Shown here: positions 14,961 through 26,555 of the stretch, piece by piece
How positions within the stretch are numbered: the stretch's first letter is position 1
How the letters are laid out: the number at the start of each line of letters is the position of its first letter
Origin: Octopus sinensis
Lineage: Eukaryota
Length of the DNA stretch: 64,000 nucleotides
Direction: 5' to 3'
Assembly (NCBI RefSeq): GCF_006345805.1
Contig: NC_043005.1
Location: 36,518,001 to 36,582,000, forward strand
Position numbers and translations under genes: made by a program
Notes under the pieces: generated by a model
Told to the model about the DNA's origin: nothing
What the model saw: only the letters and a program-made list of their open reading frames with translations
Databases searched by the model: none

Positions 14961-15598
14961 CGTCCGTCTCAGTATTGTCAAACAATATGAGACTTTCCTT
15001 TCAATATAGTCTCACAATAATATTTACAATATACCCATTTTGAATATTACCATAGGCATCATATATTACCGCTGAACAAATGGTAATATATATAAAAAAT
15101 TATAAAAAACTACGAAGTAAAATTTAGTAAATTTTTCAGTTTTCAAAAGAATCATGCGTTTAGAATAGAAATCTACTTTCTCTTTCTTGCCACAAAACAT
15201 ACGCTTGCGCGCACAACACTAAACTCAACGACAATTTGCAAGACAATATTTACTGTTCAAAAGCCGTTCAATAATCACACATTTGTCATATTACTGATAT
15301 TTTCAAATATCCATTTGTAACATTTTCTTATACCTGCACTTACATTCATGGATGCTTTTATTGCATTTTTGTATTTTATATATTCATGTAAAATATATTT
15401 AAATCAAAAACAATCAGCACCCACTTTTACGGAAGAGTTGCGTTACAGAATATATTGCTGCAAGTAGAATTCCGAATCGCATTTTCCATTCACTTTTATT
15501 TAAAAAAAGTATATCAACGGAAAATGGGTTTCACGTTACGGAATTACATGTCGTGGTAACATTTTTTCGTGCACAAATATCCAGTAACGCTATGTATG

Positions 15599-15634
<36 letters not shown>

Positions 15635-16867
15635 TTTGAATGTGGATAAATAGCAATTTTTTTTTTATTTTACTCTGACATTTAAATTCATAACATAAGT
15701 CAATGAGATGACTTAAGAAATATAGACAAGTTGCATAGACACACACTCTGCCATACTTTTATACATGTTTTTGTATATATATATATATATATATGTGTGC
15801 GTGTATATATATATATATATATATACACGCACATATATATATAGACTGATATACAGAATAAATGCATGCACGTTTGATATCTGTAACATGTAGCTTGAGG
15901 CAAGATAGAATGCCAATTATATACCCATACAATGAAATTCTAGCAGCAGAATGCAACATAAAAAAGGACATTATTTTCATCCACTGTTGCTCTTTCTCGC
16001 TCTCTCTGCTCCTTTCTTCTCTTTTTTCTTTCTTTCTCTCTTAATTTACTTTCCTTCTTTTTTTCTTTCTTTCTTTCTTTCTGTCTTTTTTTCTTTCTAT
16101 ATTTGTTTCTTTCTTTCTTTCTTTCCGTTACTTTCTTTTCCATTTTTTTTTTTTCAATCAGTTCCGTATCGATTTTAAGTCAGTTATTGTTAAAGCCAGA
16201 ACATATCTTGGGAACTATTCTGAAAATGTTAATTTTCATTTCATTTTCTTCGGATTTTTCTGCATTTGTATTCCTTTCTTTTCTTTCTTTTTATATTTCA
16301 TTTTGAGATTGTGATTTACAAAACACGAGTACATACATTTTACAGGCGAATGCACATATATTTTACTAATATTTACAACACACATGCTCTCACTCACATG
16401 CACTATCTATAAACAAAACACACACACATACACAAACATATACAGACATAAACACAGACATATGCAAAGACATATGCACGCACATACACAGATATATGCA
16501 CTCACGTGCACACACACACACAAGGACACACACGCATATGTATATTATATATACATATGTATCGATCAATATTTATATAAGAAGATATTTGGCAACCCTT
16601 GCAACTACGCACCTGAGAACCCCAATAAGAAAACCACTTCCTCATCAAAAAACGAAAAAAGGTAAAAGAGGTCAATAGTCAAAGAGGAAGAATTATCGGA
16701 ATGATTATTTGGAAAATAAGTTATACAATTATTTGAACTTATTAGAGGTGAATTCGTCACTTCAAGAAATATGGCTGCCTCTTAATCTCTGTGCTGGATA
16801 AAAACGTAAACGTTTCAGAAAATATTTGAATGGAGAAGAAACATATTTGAATAAGACAATATGTACG

Positions 16868-17123
16868 TATTCTTTTATTCTTTCGCTAGTTTCAGTCATT
16901 TGACTGCGACCATGCTGGAGCAACACCCTAAAGGATTTTGATCGAAGAAATCGATCTATGGATTTATTTCTTAAGCTTAGTGCTTATTCTATCGGCTTCT
17001 AAGGCCGAACTGCTAAGTTACGGGGATGTAAACATACCCGCATCGGTTTTCGAGCGATGTTGGGGGAGAGGTCAAGCCCAAGCCCAAAGACACACACGCA
17101 TAAATATACACATATGTACATGA

Positions 17124-17171
<48 letters not shown>

Positions 17172-17325
17172 GACAGGCTTCTTGCAGTTTCCGTCTATCC
17201 AATCCAGTCACTCGCCTGTGGTCGGCCGGAGGCTATAGTAGATGAAATTTGCCCAAGGTGCCACGTAGTGGGATTGAACCCAGAACCATGTTGGTGGGAA
17301 GCAAGCTCTTTACTACACAGCAATG
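16868..17325 (-). mobile_element. tRNA-derived SINE family B with internal (CA)/(TA) tract
   Basis: Head GTGGGATTGAACCCAGAACC (B box on minus) and tail TTTCAGTCATTTGACTGCG.CCATGCTGGAGCA shared with other copies. Confidence 0.88.
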
Positions 17326-17798
17326 CTTATATCGGTATTTCGTACGCACGCATATACTTGCATACACAGGATTTCGAGAAAGCCCACCTTGCATGTATGT
17401 AAGTTCTGTTTTGTTTTTCATCATCTGAAGGTTTTTCTGTAAGGGAGTAAGTGGATTGAAATATAGATAGTAAAAGCAGATTCACATTCTGTACTTGAGA
17501 AAAGTCTTGCATATTTTTACTGTTCCGCTTACAGATTCTATTTCAAATGGGCTTGTTATCTGATTGATGTTTCTTTCTAAAAATGTAGTTTTTCCAGATT
17601 GCATGAATTTGCTTATCGGGCATTTAAGATGCTGTGCGTATATCTGTGTGTGCATTTATTAATGAATGTAAACACACACACATACATACACATGAATACA
17701 CGCACACACACACACACACACACACTCACACACACACTCATATGTATATGTGAGCTACACGAGTGCATTTTAAGCCCATATATATGTATATATATGAA

Positions 17799-17910
17799 GC
17801 TGAGTGGCCTAGTGGTAAGGCAGTTGCACTAACGATCGCACAAATGCGCACTGTGTGACCAGCGATGTGTAACAACATTTGATAGCCTGATAGGTTATGT
17901 GATCACGTGA
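17799..17910 (+). mobile_element. Short, internally deleted SINE (tRNA-like head plus tail)
   Basis: GAGTGGCCTAGTGGTAAGG A-box-like start. Confidence 0.5.
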
Positions 17911-17913
17911 TAT

Positions 17914-17981
17914 ATATATATATATATATATAAATATACATACATATGTTATACATATATATATATGTGTATATATGTATA

Positions 17982-18048
<67 letters not shown>

Positions 18049-18067
18049 ATGTATGTATGTATGTATG

Positions 18068-18103
<36 letters not shown>

Positions 18104-18117
18104 TGTATATATGTATG

Positions 18118-18150
<33 letters not shown>

Positions 18151-18227
18151 CTATGTATATGTATGTATGTATAAATATATATATATATGTATATGTATGT
18201 ATGTGTATATATATATATGTTTGTATG
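17914..18227. repeat. (TA)n/(TATG)n microsatellite
   Basis: Direct reading. Confidence 0.95.
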
Positions 18228-18548
18228 TATGAATAAATAAATGAATGGAGTTGAACGAAGATGTTAACAAAATTCCTTTACTCTCGACATATGTTTCGAA
18301 GACAACATGGTTTCATTCCAAATGAATAAACGGTGTAAGATGCAATCTTCTCATCAGGAAAGAAAGGGAGCCTCTATCAACAACAAGACAAACAAAAATT
18401 GCGATGACTGCCTACATGGTAATGAGAAGATTGCATCTTGCACCGTTTATTCATTTGGAATGAAACCATGTTGTCTTCGAAACATATGTCGAGAGTAAAG
18501 GAATTTTGTTAACATCTTCGTTCAACTCCATTAATTTATTTATTCATA
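18228..18548. repeat. Inverted repeat, arms of about 127 bp (18228-18354 and 18422-18548), 67 bp spacer
   Basis: Arms are reverse complements with two mismatches by manual alignment. Confidence 0.95.
18275..18367 (-). ncRNA. Minimal type I hammerhead ribozyme motif (Penelope pLTR/retrozyme-like)
   Basis: Minus strand: CCUUUCUUUC CUGAUGA GAAGA..UCUUC GAAA CAUAUG UC^GAGAGUAAAGG. Stem I has about 10 bp with one wobble and one bulge, stem II has 5 bp, helix III is the palindrome ACAUAUGU, cleavage triplet GUC. Confidence 0.78.
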
Positions 18549-19244
18549 TATAACACACAAATTTCTGCACATGAACCCGGAGATTCTACCCTTGGACAGG
18601 TCGCTTCAACCGTGTTTCTGACGTGAATTTGCTACCCTGGTATCGGTTCATCGAATTTTCCATGTTGACGGTAAACATAGGATAATTCATTCACCTATGT
18701 TTGTATGTATGTATGTAAATGAATGAACACCAATGCTAGTTACTTGTTGACCCTGTCCTGTTGTCACGTTTGCTATGTTGAAAGTAAAACTCCTCACCAG
18801 GCCTACTAAACGTTTCAGTTACCAACGATCCAATGATACAACAAATGGTACTGGATTACATCTTAACATTAGTTCTCACTTGTAACGAGACAGATCAGAC
18901 TGACTTACGCCAAGCGGAATCAATTTTATGTGCCCAAAGAATATATCCAATTGACGAATATCTCCAATTATTAGTACCTGCCTGCATGAAAACATTGTAT
19001 GTATTTTAAATGATACTCACTCTCGTGAGACTAATGTTCTCCTTATTTTTAATAGTACATTGTTTATAATAGCACTTTTATTATATAAATAAATGTATGT
19101 GTACACACACACAGACACACACACACAGACACACACTCACTCACTCATGTATTGCCGAAATACCGGAGAAATAGGTTACCAACACATTGAAACTCGTGTA
19201 TAGTAAAACAATAATACCAACAATGTCTTCTGCGCTTATTGCAT

Positions 19245-20052
19245 ACTAAAATTACATAAAAATATCTTGAAATACTAAAGAGTAAATTTATTCAGTAAAA
19301 ATCGCCATGGGTTACAACCACAGCTGCCAGACGACTTCGAAAACTTCTGCAACTCTTCTGGTCGGTCTCCTTGTTTAAGTTGGTGAATACTGCCATAATC
19401 CTTGCCTTCAGTTCATCTTAGGTGTTACAAGGAGTTTTGTTGGTCTCTCGCCTGAGCCCCACACATAATCAAGGGGGTTGCAGTCTGGGGAGTTAGGTGT
19501 CCAGATGTTAGGGGTGATGTGGTCGCAGAAATTGTCTGACAGCTTCGACTGGGTTCTCCTGCTTGTGTGGTGGCATGGTGAAGAGTTCTTTTGCCAGACA
19601 TAGGGTCTTCTAGAAACCACCCTCTTGACCCATGGCAGCACTATCTCCTCAAGGTACTTGATGTAGGCCTCCGTGTTGAGTCTGAGGCCGTGTGGAAAGA
19701 TGCATGGGAGCATAACGTCGCCATCACTAGTGATCATTCCAAACACCATGGTGTTGACTGGATTTTTGATTCTTATCACTCTCGGTACATGTTTTGGGGA
19801 CACAGCAAGCCAACGGTTGCTCTGTGTGTTCCCAATATGTTCTTATTGGAACTTCCGGCGCGAATGCCAAGCAGTAAAGCATGTCGTTTCCAAATTCCTG
19901 TCAAGGTGAATTACGTCATGGTGCTGTTTTTACGACAGACGGTGCTCAACTGACCCTACTATAGTGCGTAGTCGACAAAATCCAAAACAAACAATGCACA
20001 TGCGCGAGATTAAAGATATAAAATGGCGGCAATTTACCCATCGCACGCTATA
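19245..20052 (-). mobile_element. Tc1/mariner-superfamily DNA transposon, internally deleted and decayed
   Basis: ORF 19408-19803: VFGMITSDG...YVWQKNSSPCH...WTPNSPDCNPLDY.VWG (decayed DDE/D catalytic region; WPPNSPD.NP motif); 5' end abuts (TA)n at about 20052. Confidence 0.9.
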
Positions 20053-20054
20053 TA

Positions 20055-20100
<46 letters not shown>

Positions 20101-20319
20101 ATCATATAGGGTGGCAAAAAATTTTGTAGAATTTTTTTGCCACCAGCGGCCTAGTGGGAAAAAATTAAATAGTCATAGACCATTTTTAAGTTCAACATCA
20201 CAATCAAGGAACGGCCATAATAGGCCATTCACCCACTAGAAATAACAGCCAAAGCTTCAACCGCAAAATAACATTAATTCCGTAAACCAGGAGAAAATTA
20301 AAAAAACATTTAGCCTGTA

Positions 20320-20426
20320 ATTTCTTATACGATGCACCGTTTCATCTACTGTTTAATGGTAAACTAACCTGATTAAATTAAATCAAGCCAATCTTCCATA
20401 GGCCCTTAGAATCGTCAGTAAGAAAT
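20320..20426 (-). ncRNA. Minimal type I hammerhead ribozyme motif, left-arm copy
   Basis: Reverse complement of the 20658-20763 motif, with one extra base in loop II. Confidence 0.68.
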
Positions 20427-20657
20427 AGCCAGATCGGAACAGATATTTTCACGAGGCATTTCTGTCCCTGCCTCGGCAATATCTGACCTAAAATTTTCAA
20501 ATCATCGCACTCGCGCCAAATTTATCGGCAGCAAATAAATATAAGCCGCCGATTCCATTACGGAATTAACCAGAAAATTCATAATTTTAGGTCAGATATT
20601 GCCGAGGCCGGGACAGGACAGAAATGCCTCGTGAAAATATCTGTTTCCGATCTGGCT

Positions 20658-20763
20658 ATTTCTTACTGACGATTCTAAGGGCCTAGGAAGATTGGCTTGA
20701 TTTAATTTAATCAGGTTAGTTTACCATTAAACAGTAGATGAAACGGTGCATCGTATAAGAAAT
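20658..20763 (+). ncRNA. Minimal type I hammerhead ribozyme motif, right-arm copy
   Basis: AUUUCUUA CUGACGA UUCUA..UAGAU GAAA CGGUGCAUCG UA^UAAGAAAU. Perfect 8 bp stem I, near-palindromic helix III, GUA triplet; first stem II pair is U.U (non-canonical). Confidence 0.7.
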
Positions 20764-20887
20764 TACAGGGGTAAATGTTTTTTAATTTTCTCCTGGTTTA
20801 CGGAATTAATGTTATTTTGCGGTTGAAGCTTTGGCTGTTTATTTCTAGTGGGTGAATGGCCTATTATGGCCGTTCCTTGATTGTGAT

Positions 20888-20920
<33 letters not shown>

Positions 20921-21038
20921 GTATATGTGTGCGTGTTTGCGTATGTGTGTGAGTGTTACTCTCTCTATATTATATTATAGTATGTGTGCCTGTTTGCGTA
21001 TGTGTGTGTGAGTGTTTCTCTCTCTCTCTCTCTCTCTC

Positions 21039-21076
<38 letters not shown>

Positions 21077-22014
21077 TATATATCTGTGTGCGTGTTTGTT
21101 TGTGTAAAGATTTCTATATGAAGAATGTCCTTTTGCCTTTTCAGACTGATACGTTTTGGAAGTGCATAATAGCGTGAAAGTATTCCTGGAAGTAGAAGAA
21201 TAAGTAGACCAAAGTACTATACTAAAGTGGTTTGAATGCTTAGTTGGCATTTGCCAACTCTGTGTATTTTAGATACTCTGAAAGTACATTGACCACTTCT
21301 ATTGGCGTATTATTGTTTCTTACTTTCGGTTAGGCATCTAACAGCTGAAGTGATGTTATCTTAAACTTTACAGAAAAACGGAAAGACATACATGAAACCC
21401 ACATACAACGCCCCGCCCCCTAGACAGAGACACACAGAGGCACCCACGTAGGAACACAGACAATTAATACGGCTTTAATTATAAAATGATAATCTAATTT
21501 TATTGACAAATTTGCCGGCTTCTAACAATGAAATTCTACGCTGATATGATTAGGTATATAAATATGAGTATTCGAATCAAGGAGCTAATGACGATTGTTG
21601 TTGGGAGGAAGAGCTTTGAATGGTAACAGTTCTCTGAAGAGAAATCAATTGTCTGTGAGTGTCAGTCGAAGATTCTAAAGAAAAATCTTTAACTTACTAG
21701 TTTTATTAATGCTAAGAGGAATCAATTCCACATGCTCAAGAATCTCTACATTATGGTGTGGAAATATTTAATATTGGCATTTGTCCAATACTTTCTCCAT
21801 AATGCTGCTTCGGAAATCTTCATTATTGGAACCATTCCAAGACAAAAAAAAAAGGAAACGAAAAAATAAAAATAACTAAAAAGTAAAAGAAAGGTAAAGT
21901 AAAAAAAAAGCTACAGTCCGCTACCACTACATGAAAATGTGTATGACTCTGTGCCCCTCTTAATATATGACTAAGTGTAGGTGTGTATACATATATACAC
22001 ATAAATATATATGA

Positions 22015-22064
<50 letters not shown>

Positions 22065-22066
22065 GA

Positions 22067-22105
<39 letters not shown>

Positions 22106-22436
22106 AATAATATATGTATGTGTGTACGTGTGTCCATGAGTGTATATATGTGTGTATACTTGATACAGCTCTTCGATCTAAGCAAACTACTTGCTGCAAT
22201 AAGTCTTTTGATTAGAAGTGAGATTCTTGATTCAGTTTGTTGTTTTCACTTTTCTCTTTTTCATGTCAGTTTTTTTTTTTTTTACTTTGTTTTAGTACGT
22301 TTTGCTCCATTTTGCTTTACTATTTTTGTTGTTGTTGTCATCTATTATTTCTGTTCGTTGTGCTAAAGCTTCATTAATACAACTAATGAACAAGAAGACT
22401 AAGCAAGTATTTGAACAAGGAATTCTCGTTATCCCC

Positions 22437-22560
22437 ACCACCACCACCACCACCACCACCACCACCACCACCACCACCACCACCACCAGAATTGTGTTGC
22501 CACCATCCTTAACCATCGGCGCTACTATCAACACTACAAACAAACAATACATCCACTACT

Positions 22561-22593
<33 letters not shown>

Positions 22594-23185
22594 GACATCA
22601 ACGATAGGATCACCACCACAACTCCACTGTGACCGTCTCATTCACTACCCATTACCAGTACAACAATCACCATAGCCGACGCCGCCGCCGCCGCCACCAC
22701 CACCACCACCACCACCACCACCATCACCACCACCAGCACTACTGCCATCGCCACCACCACCATCACCGTCAACGCCTCCGTCGCCGCTGCCGCCGCCGCC
22801 GCCGCCATCATCACTACTACCATCGCTACCACCACAACCGCCGCCGCCGCCACTATCAGAACCATTATCGCCGCCGCCACCATCAGAACCATTATCGCCG
22901 CCGCCACCGCAACCACAACCGTTATCGCCGCCGCCGCCGCCGCCGCCACAACCACTATCACGACGATAACGACGACGACTGCTGCCATCATCACCATGAC
23001 TACCACCACCAACATCACCAACCCCATTATCATGACCATCACCAACATCCCCACTCGCCAGCACCGTCGTCACAACCACCACCACCATCATGACTACCAC
23101 TTCCGTTGCTGCTGCCACTACTACCATTGTCACAGCTACAACTACCACCACCACCACCACCACTTACAACAACAACAACAATAAC
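22437..23185. repeat. GC-rich mosaic of (CAC)/(CAT)/(CGC)/(CTA) trinucleotide repeats with a 27 bp internal repeat
   Basis: Direct reading; GCCGCCGCCAC(T/C)ATCAGAACCATTATC is repeated at about 22845-22900. Confidence 0.9.
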
Positions 23186-23484
23186 AACGTCACTATCGCC
23201 TGATTACTTATTCCCTGTCTGTGACTTTGACATAGAGAGCAACTCCCCAAATCTCTCGTCTTGTTAATTTTGGCATTTTCTCTCATTTCTTCGTCACTTC
23301 ATATTTTCTCTCTCGGTGACATACTGAACGAGTCAACTCGTCATGATTTTCTTCATAACCATCAGAGATGTCGTTCCCCCGTCGGTGACACCCTGGTCAT
23401 TTTCAACACTGTTCTCGTTATCTTCATCCTCGTCGTCGTCATCGTCGTCATCAGTCACCATCACCGTCATCATCACAATATATA

Positions 23485-23727
23485 TATTTCTTTATTACCC
23501 ACAAGGGGCTAAACATAGAGGGGACAAACAAGGACAGACAAACGGAATAAGTCGATTACATCGACCCCAGTGCGAAACTGGTTCTTTATTTATCGACCCC
23601 GAAAGGATGAAAGGCAAAGTCGACCTCGGCGGAATTTGAACTCACAACGTAACGGCAGACGAAATACCACTAAGTATTTCGTCCAGCGTGCTAACGATTC
23701 TGCTGGCTCACCGCCTTTCGCCGCCTT
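23485..23727 (-). mobile_element. SINE family A monomer (tail A)
   Basis: Complete head and tail A. Confidence 0.9.
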
Positions 23728-23760
23728 TCTGTTTAACAATAAAAGGAAGAGTGGTGTTGA

Positions 23761-24437
23761 AGGCAAAGTCGACCTCGGCGGAATTTGAACTCAGAACGTA
23801 ACGGAAGACGAAATACCTATTTCTATTTCTTTATTACCCACAAGGGGCTAAACACAAAGGGGACAAACAAGGACAGACAAACGGATTAAGTCGATTACAT
23901 CGACCTCAGTGCGAAACTGGTACTTTATTTATCGACCCCGAAAGGATGAAAGGCAAAGTCGACCTCGGCGGAATTTGAACTCAGAACGTAACGGAAGACG
24001 AAATACCTATTTCTATTTCTTTACTACCCATAAGGGGCTAAACACAGAGGGGGCAAACAAGGACAGACAAACGGATTAAGTCGATTACATCGAACCCAGT
24101 GCGAATCTGGTACTTTATTTATCGACCCCGAAAGGATGAAAGGCAAAGTCGACCTCGGCGGAATTTGAACTCAGAACGTAACGGAAGACGATATACCTAT
24201 TTCTATTTCTTTACTACCAACAAGGGACTAAACACAGAGAGGGCAAACAAGGACAGACAAACGGATTAAGTCGATTATATCGACCCCAGTGTGTGTCTGG
24301 TACTTAATTTATCGAGCCCGAAAGGACGAGAGGCAAAGTTGACCTCGGCGGAATTTGAACTCAGAACGTAACGGCAGAGGAAATACCGCTAAACATTTCG
24401 CCCAGCTTGCTAACGTTTCTGCCAGCTCGCCGCCTTT
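23761..24437 (-). mobile_element. SINE family A tandem array (three units plus a partial fourth)
   Basis: Units of about 190 bp joined at AAAGAAATAGAAATAG|GTAT(T/C); complete head only at 24437. Confidence 0.92.
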
Positions 24438-24851
24438 CATCACAATATATAGCTTCCTATTTTATCTCATTCATTGTTATTGTAAATCGGGCTAACAGTC
24501 CACGTTTTACACGCTTCTTTCCTTCTATCTTTCTTGCTTTCATTCATTCTCAGATTTCTCTCTTTATGTGTCTCGATATTTCTTCACTGAAACAACAGAA
24601 CATTAAAAAATAACAATGATCTACAAAAACATGGAACGGCACCAGAAGTTAATATTTTGTTTCAGAGAAACTTCTCAAACTCTGTTTTGAGCGTTAACAA
24701 ACGTGATTAACACAAAATGGCAACGGCTTCTCCATAAATTTCTTTCTGGTCATAATATTCCATTTGTTTATTTGGTTATTCGGTGGACAGAAACTATGTG
24801 AAAGTCCATCACGTATGTGTCGTATTGAGTTTTGCAACATTTTCGTATCTT

Positions 24852-25280
24852 AAGGCGGCGAGCTGGCAGAAGCGTTAGCACGCCGGGCGAAATGCTTAGC
24901 GGTATTTCGTCTGCCGTTACGTTCTGAGTTCGAGTTCCACCGAGGTCGACTTTGCCTTTCATCCTTCCGGGGTCGATATATTAAGTACCAGTTACACACT
25001 GGGGTCGATATAATCGACTTAATCCGTTTGTCTGTCCTTGTTTGTCCTCTCTGTGTTTAACCCCTTGTGGGCAATAAAGAAATAAAAAACGTTAGCACGC
25101 CGGGTGAAAATGCTTAGCGGTATTTCGTTTGACGCTACGTTCTGAGTTTAAATTCCGTCGAGGTCGACTTTGCCTTTCATCGTTTCGGGATTGATAAATT
25201 AAGCACTGCGGTCGATATAATCGACTGAGTCCCCTCCCCCAAAATTTCGGACCTTGTGCCTAGAGTAGAAAAGAATATTT
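24852..25280 (+). mobile_element. SINE family A dimer (tail A, then tail B)
   Basis: Two cores; second unit starts inside the head. Confidence 0.9.
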
Positions 25281-25334
25281 TCGTATCTTATTTGCTTTAT
25301 TCGTCAAGTTACAACAGAAGCAACGTTGCATTCA

Positions 25335-25500
25335 AAGTAGAAGCCATCGTGTTGCACTGTCAGAATTTACCTTTGTGCCAGTTCTTTGATCGCAAGTTGA
25401 TACCAATGCTTGTTCTTCGAGGCAAAGAACTCATTCGCTAAAGCTTCCGCCTCTTATTGGTTGATGAAGCGTCGCGAGCACAGGCAGTGGACCATGGATT
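25335..25500 (-). mobile_element. mariner transposase C-terminal remnant
   Basis: Minus frame SMVHCLCSRRFINQ*EAEALANEFFASKNKHWYQLAIKELAQR*ILTVQHDGFYFE. Confidence 0.75.
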
Positions 25501-25778
25501 GGAACAGTCAATAATCGGATATATATATATATATTATATATATATAAAAAAAGGAAATGAAGAAAATGCTGACAAAATAATTTAAGTAAGGGAGAGTGTA
25601 TTTAATTAGGTGAAAGTTCTTTTTACCGGTTGCGCATTTGTTATGCTTATCAAAAGATATTTTTTAAAGAGAGATAGAGTTCCTTTCTGATAGATTTTTT
25701 TCTCTTATCCGACTTTATGTTGGGTTTGCTGTCTCATATATATATATATATATTATATATATATATAATATATTATAT

Positions 25779-25813
<35 letters not shown>

Positions 25814-25842
25814 TCTGCAATCCTAAGCAGTGATTATGCAAG

Positions 25843-26240
25843 GGACAACTTCTAGAACCTGTTGCCAAACGGCCGTTTTGAAAACAAAGTGATGCTCTGC
25901 GTCCCATTGAATTATGAAGGGATAATTCTTTAGGAGATAGTTCCGGATGGTCAAGTACTCAATGCCAACTTATACGCCGAACCCCTGGAGCGGATACAAG
26001 CCACTATGCGGCAAAATGCCCGCAGCAAAACGACGCAAAACCTCATACCACTAGAGCGACTCGGAATAAACACCAGGAACTGATGCCATGTTCGGCATAT
26101 AGTCAGGGCCTATTGTTCCGATCTTCTTGCGTTTGCCATGATTCATCAATTAAGAGGAAATGGAGGCTTCAGTGAAGGAATTTTTCGCCTCGAAGGACAA
26201 GAAATGTTGCCAGATGGGATCAAGGAACTTTTGCTTTTGT
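25843..26240 (+). mobile_element. mariner (DD34D-type) transposase remnant
   Basis: Frameshifted PVAKR..FENKVMLCV..NYEGII..EIVPDG..LNANLYAE.LERI...QNDAKPHT...MEASVKEFFASK. Confidence 0.8.
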
Positions 26241-26344
26241 TGTAAGTTGACGAATAAAACATATAGGTTACAAAACTATTGCAAAGCACAATATGCATGT
26301 GCCCGTGTCCGTGTGCGTGTGTGTGTGTGTGTGTCTGTGTGTCT

Positions 26345-26555
26345 GTGTGTTTGTAGTTGGTCCTGCGTTGCCTGACAAACGGCGTTGGTTTGTTTAGGTT
26401 CCCGTATCTTAGCAGTTCGGTGCTAAGAGAATGATAGGATAAGTACCACACGTTAAAAATTAAGTACCGGTGTCGATCTCTTGGACTAAAGCCTTCAAGG
26501 TGGTGCCCCAGCATGGTCGCAGTCAAAATAACTGAAGCAAGGAAAAGGTAAAAAG
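26345..26555 (+). mobile_element. SINE family B, 3' half
   Basis: GGTGGTGCCCCAGCATGGTCGCAGTC tail. Confidence 0.8.

Larger units (their letters stand above)
20197..20887. repeat. Inverted repeat, arms of about 300 bp (20197-20495 and 20583-20887), 87 bp spacer
   Basis: Arms are reverse complements with a few substitutions and small indels; the right end abuts (TA)n. Confidence 0.97.

Noticed and set aside
22629-23184. His/Arg-rich or Gly-rich protein gene
   Set aside because: Entirely trinucleotide repeat; multiple frames equally open
14386-24437. Regular repeat-spacer pattern resembling a CRISPR array
   Set aside because: Units are whole SINE bodies of about 190 bp without unique spacers; eukaryotic context and no cas genes
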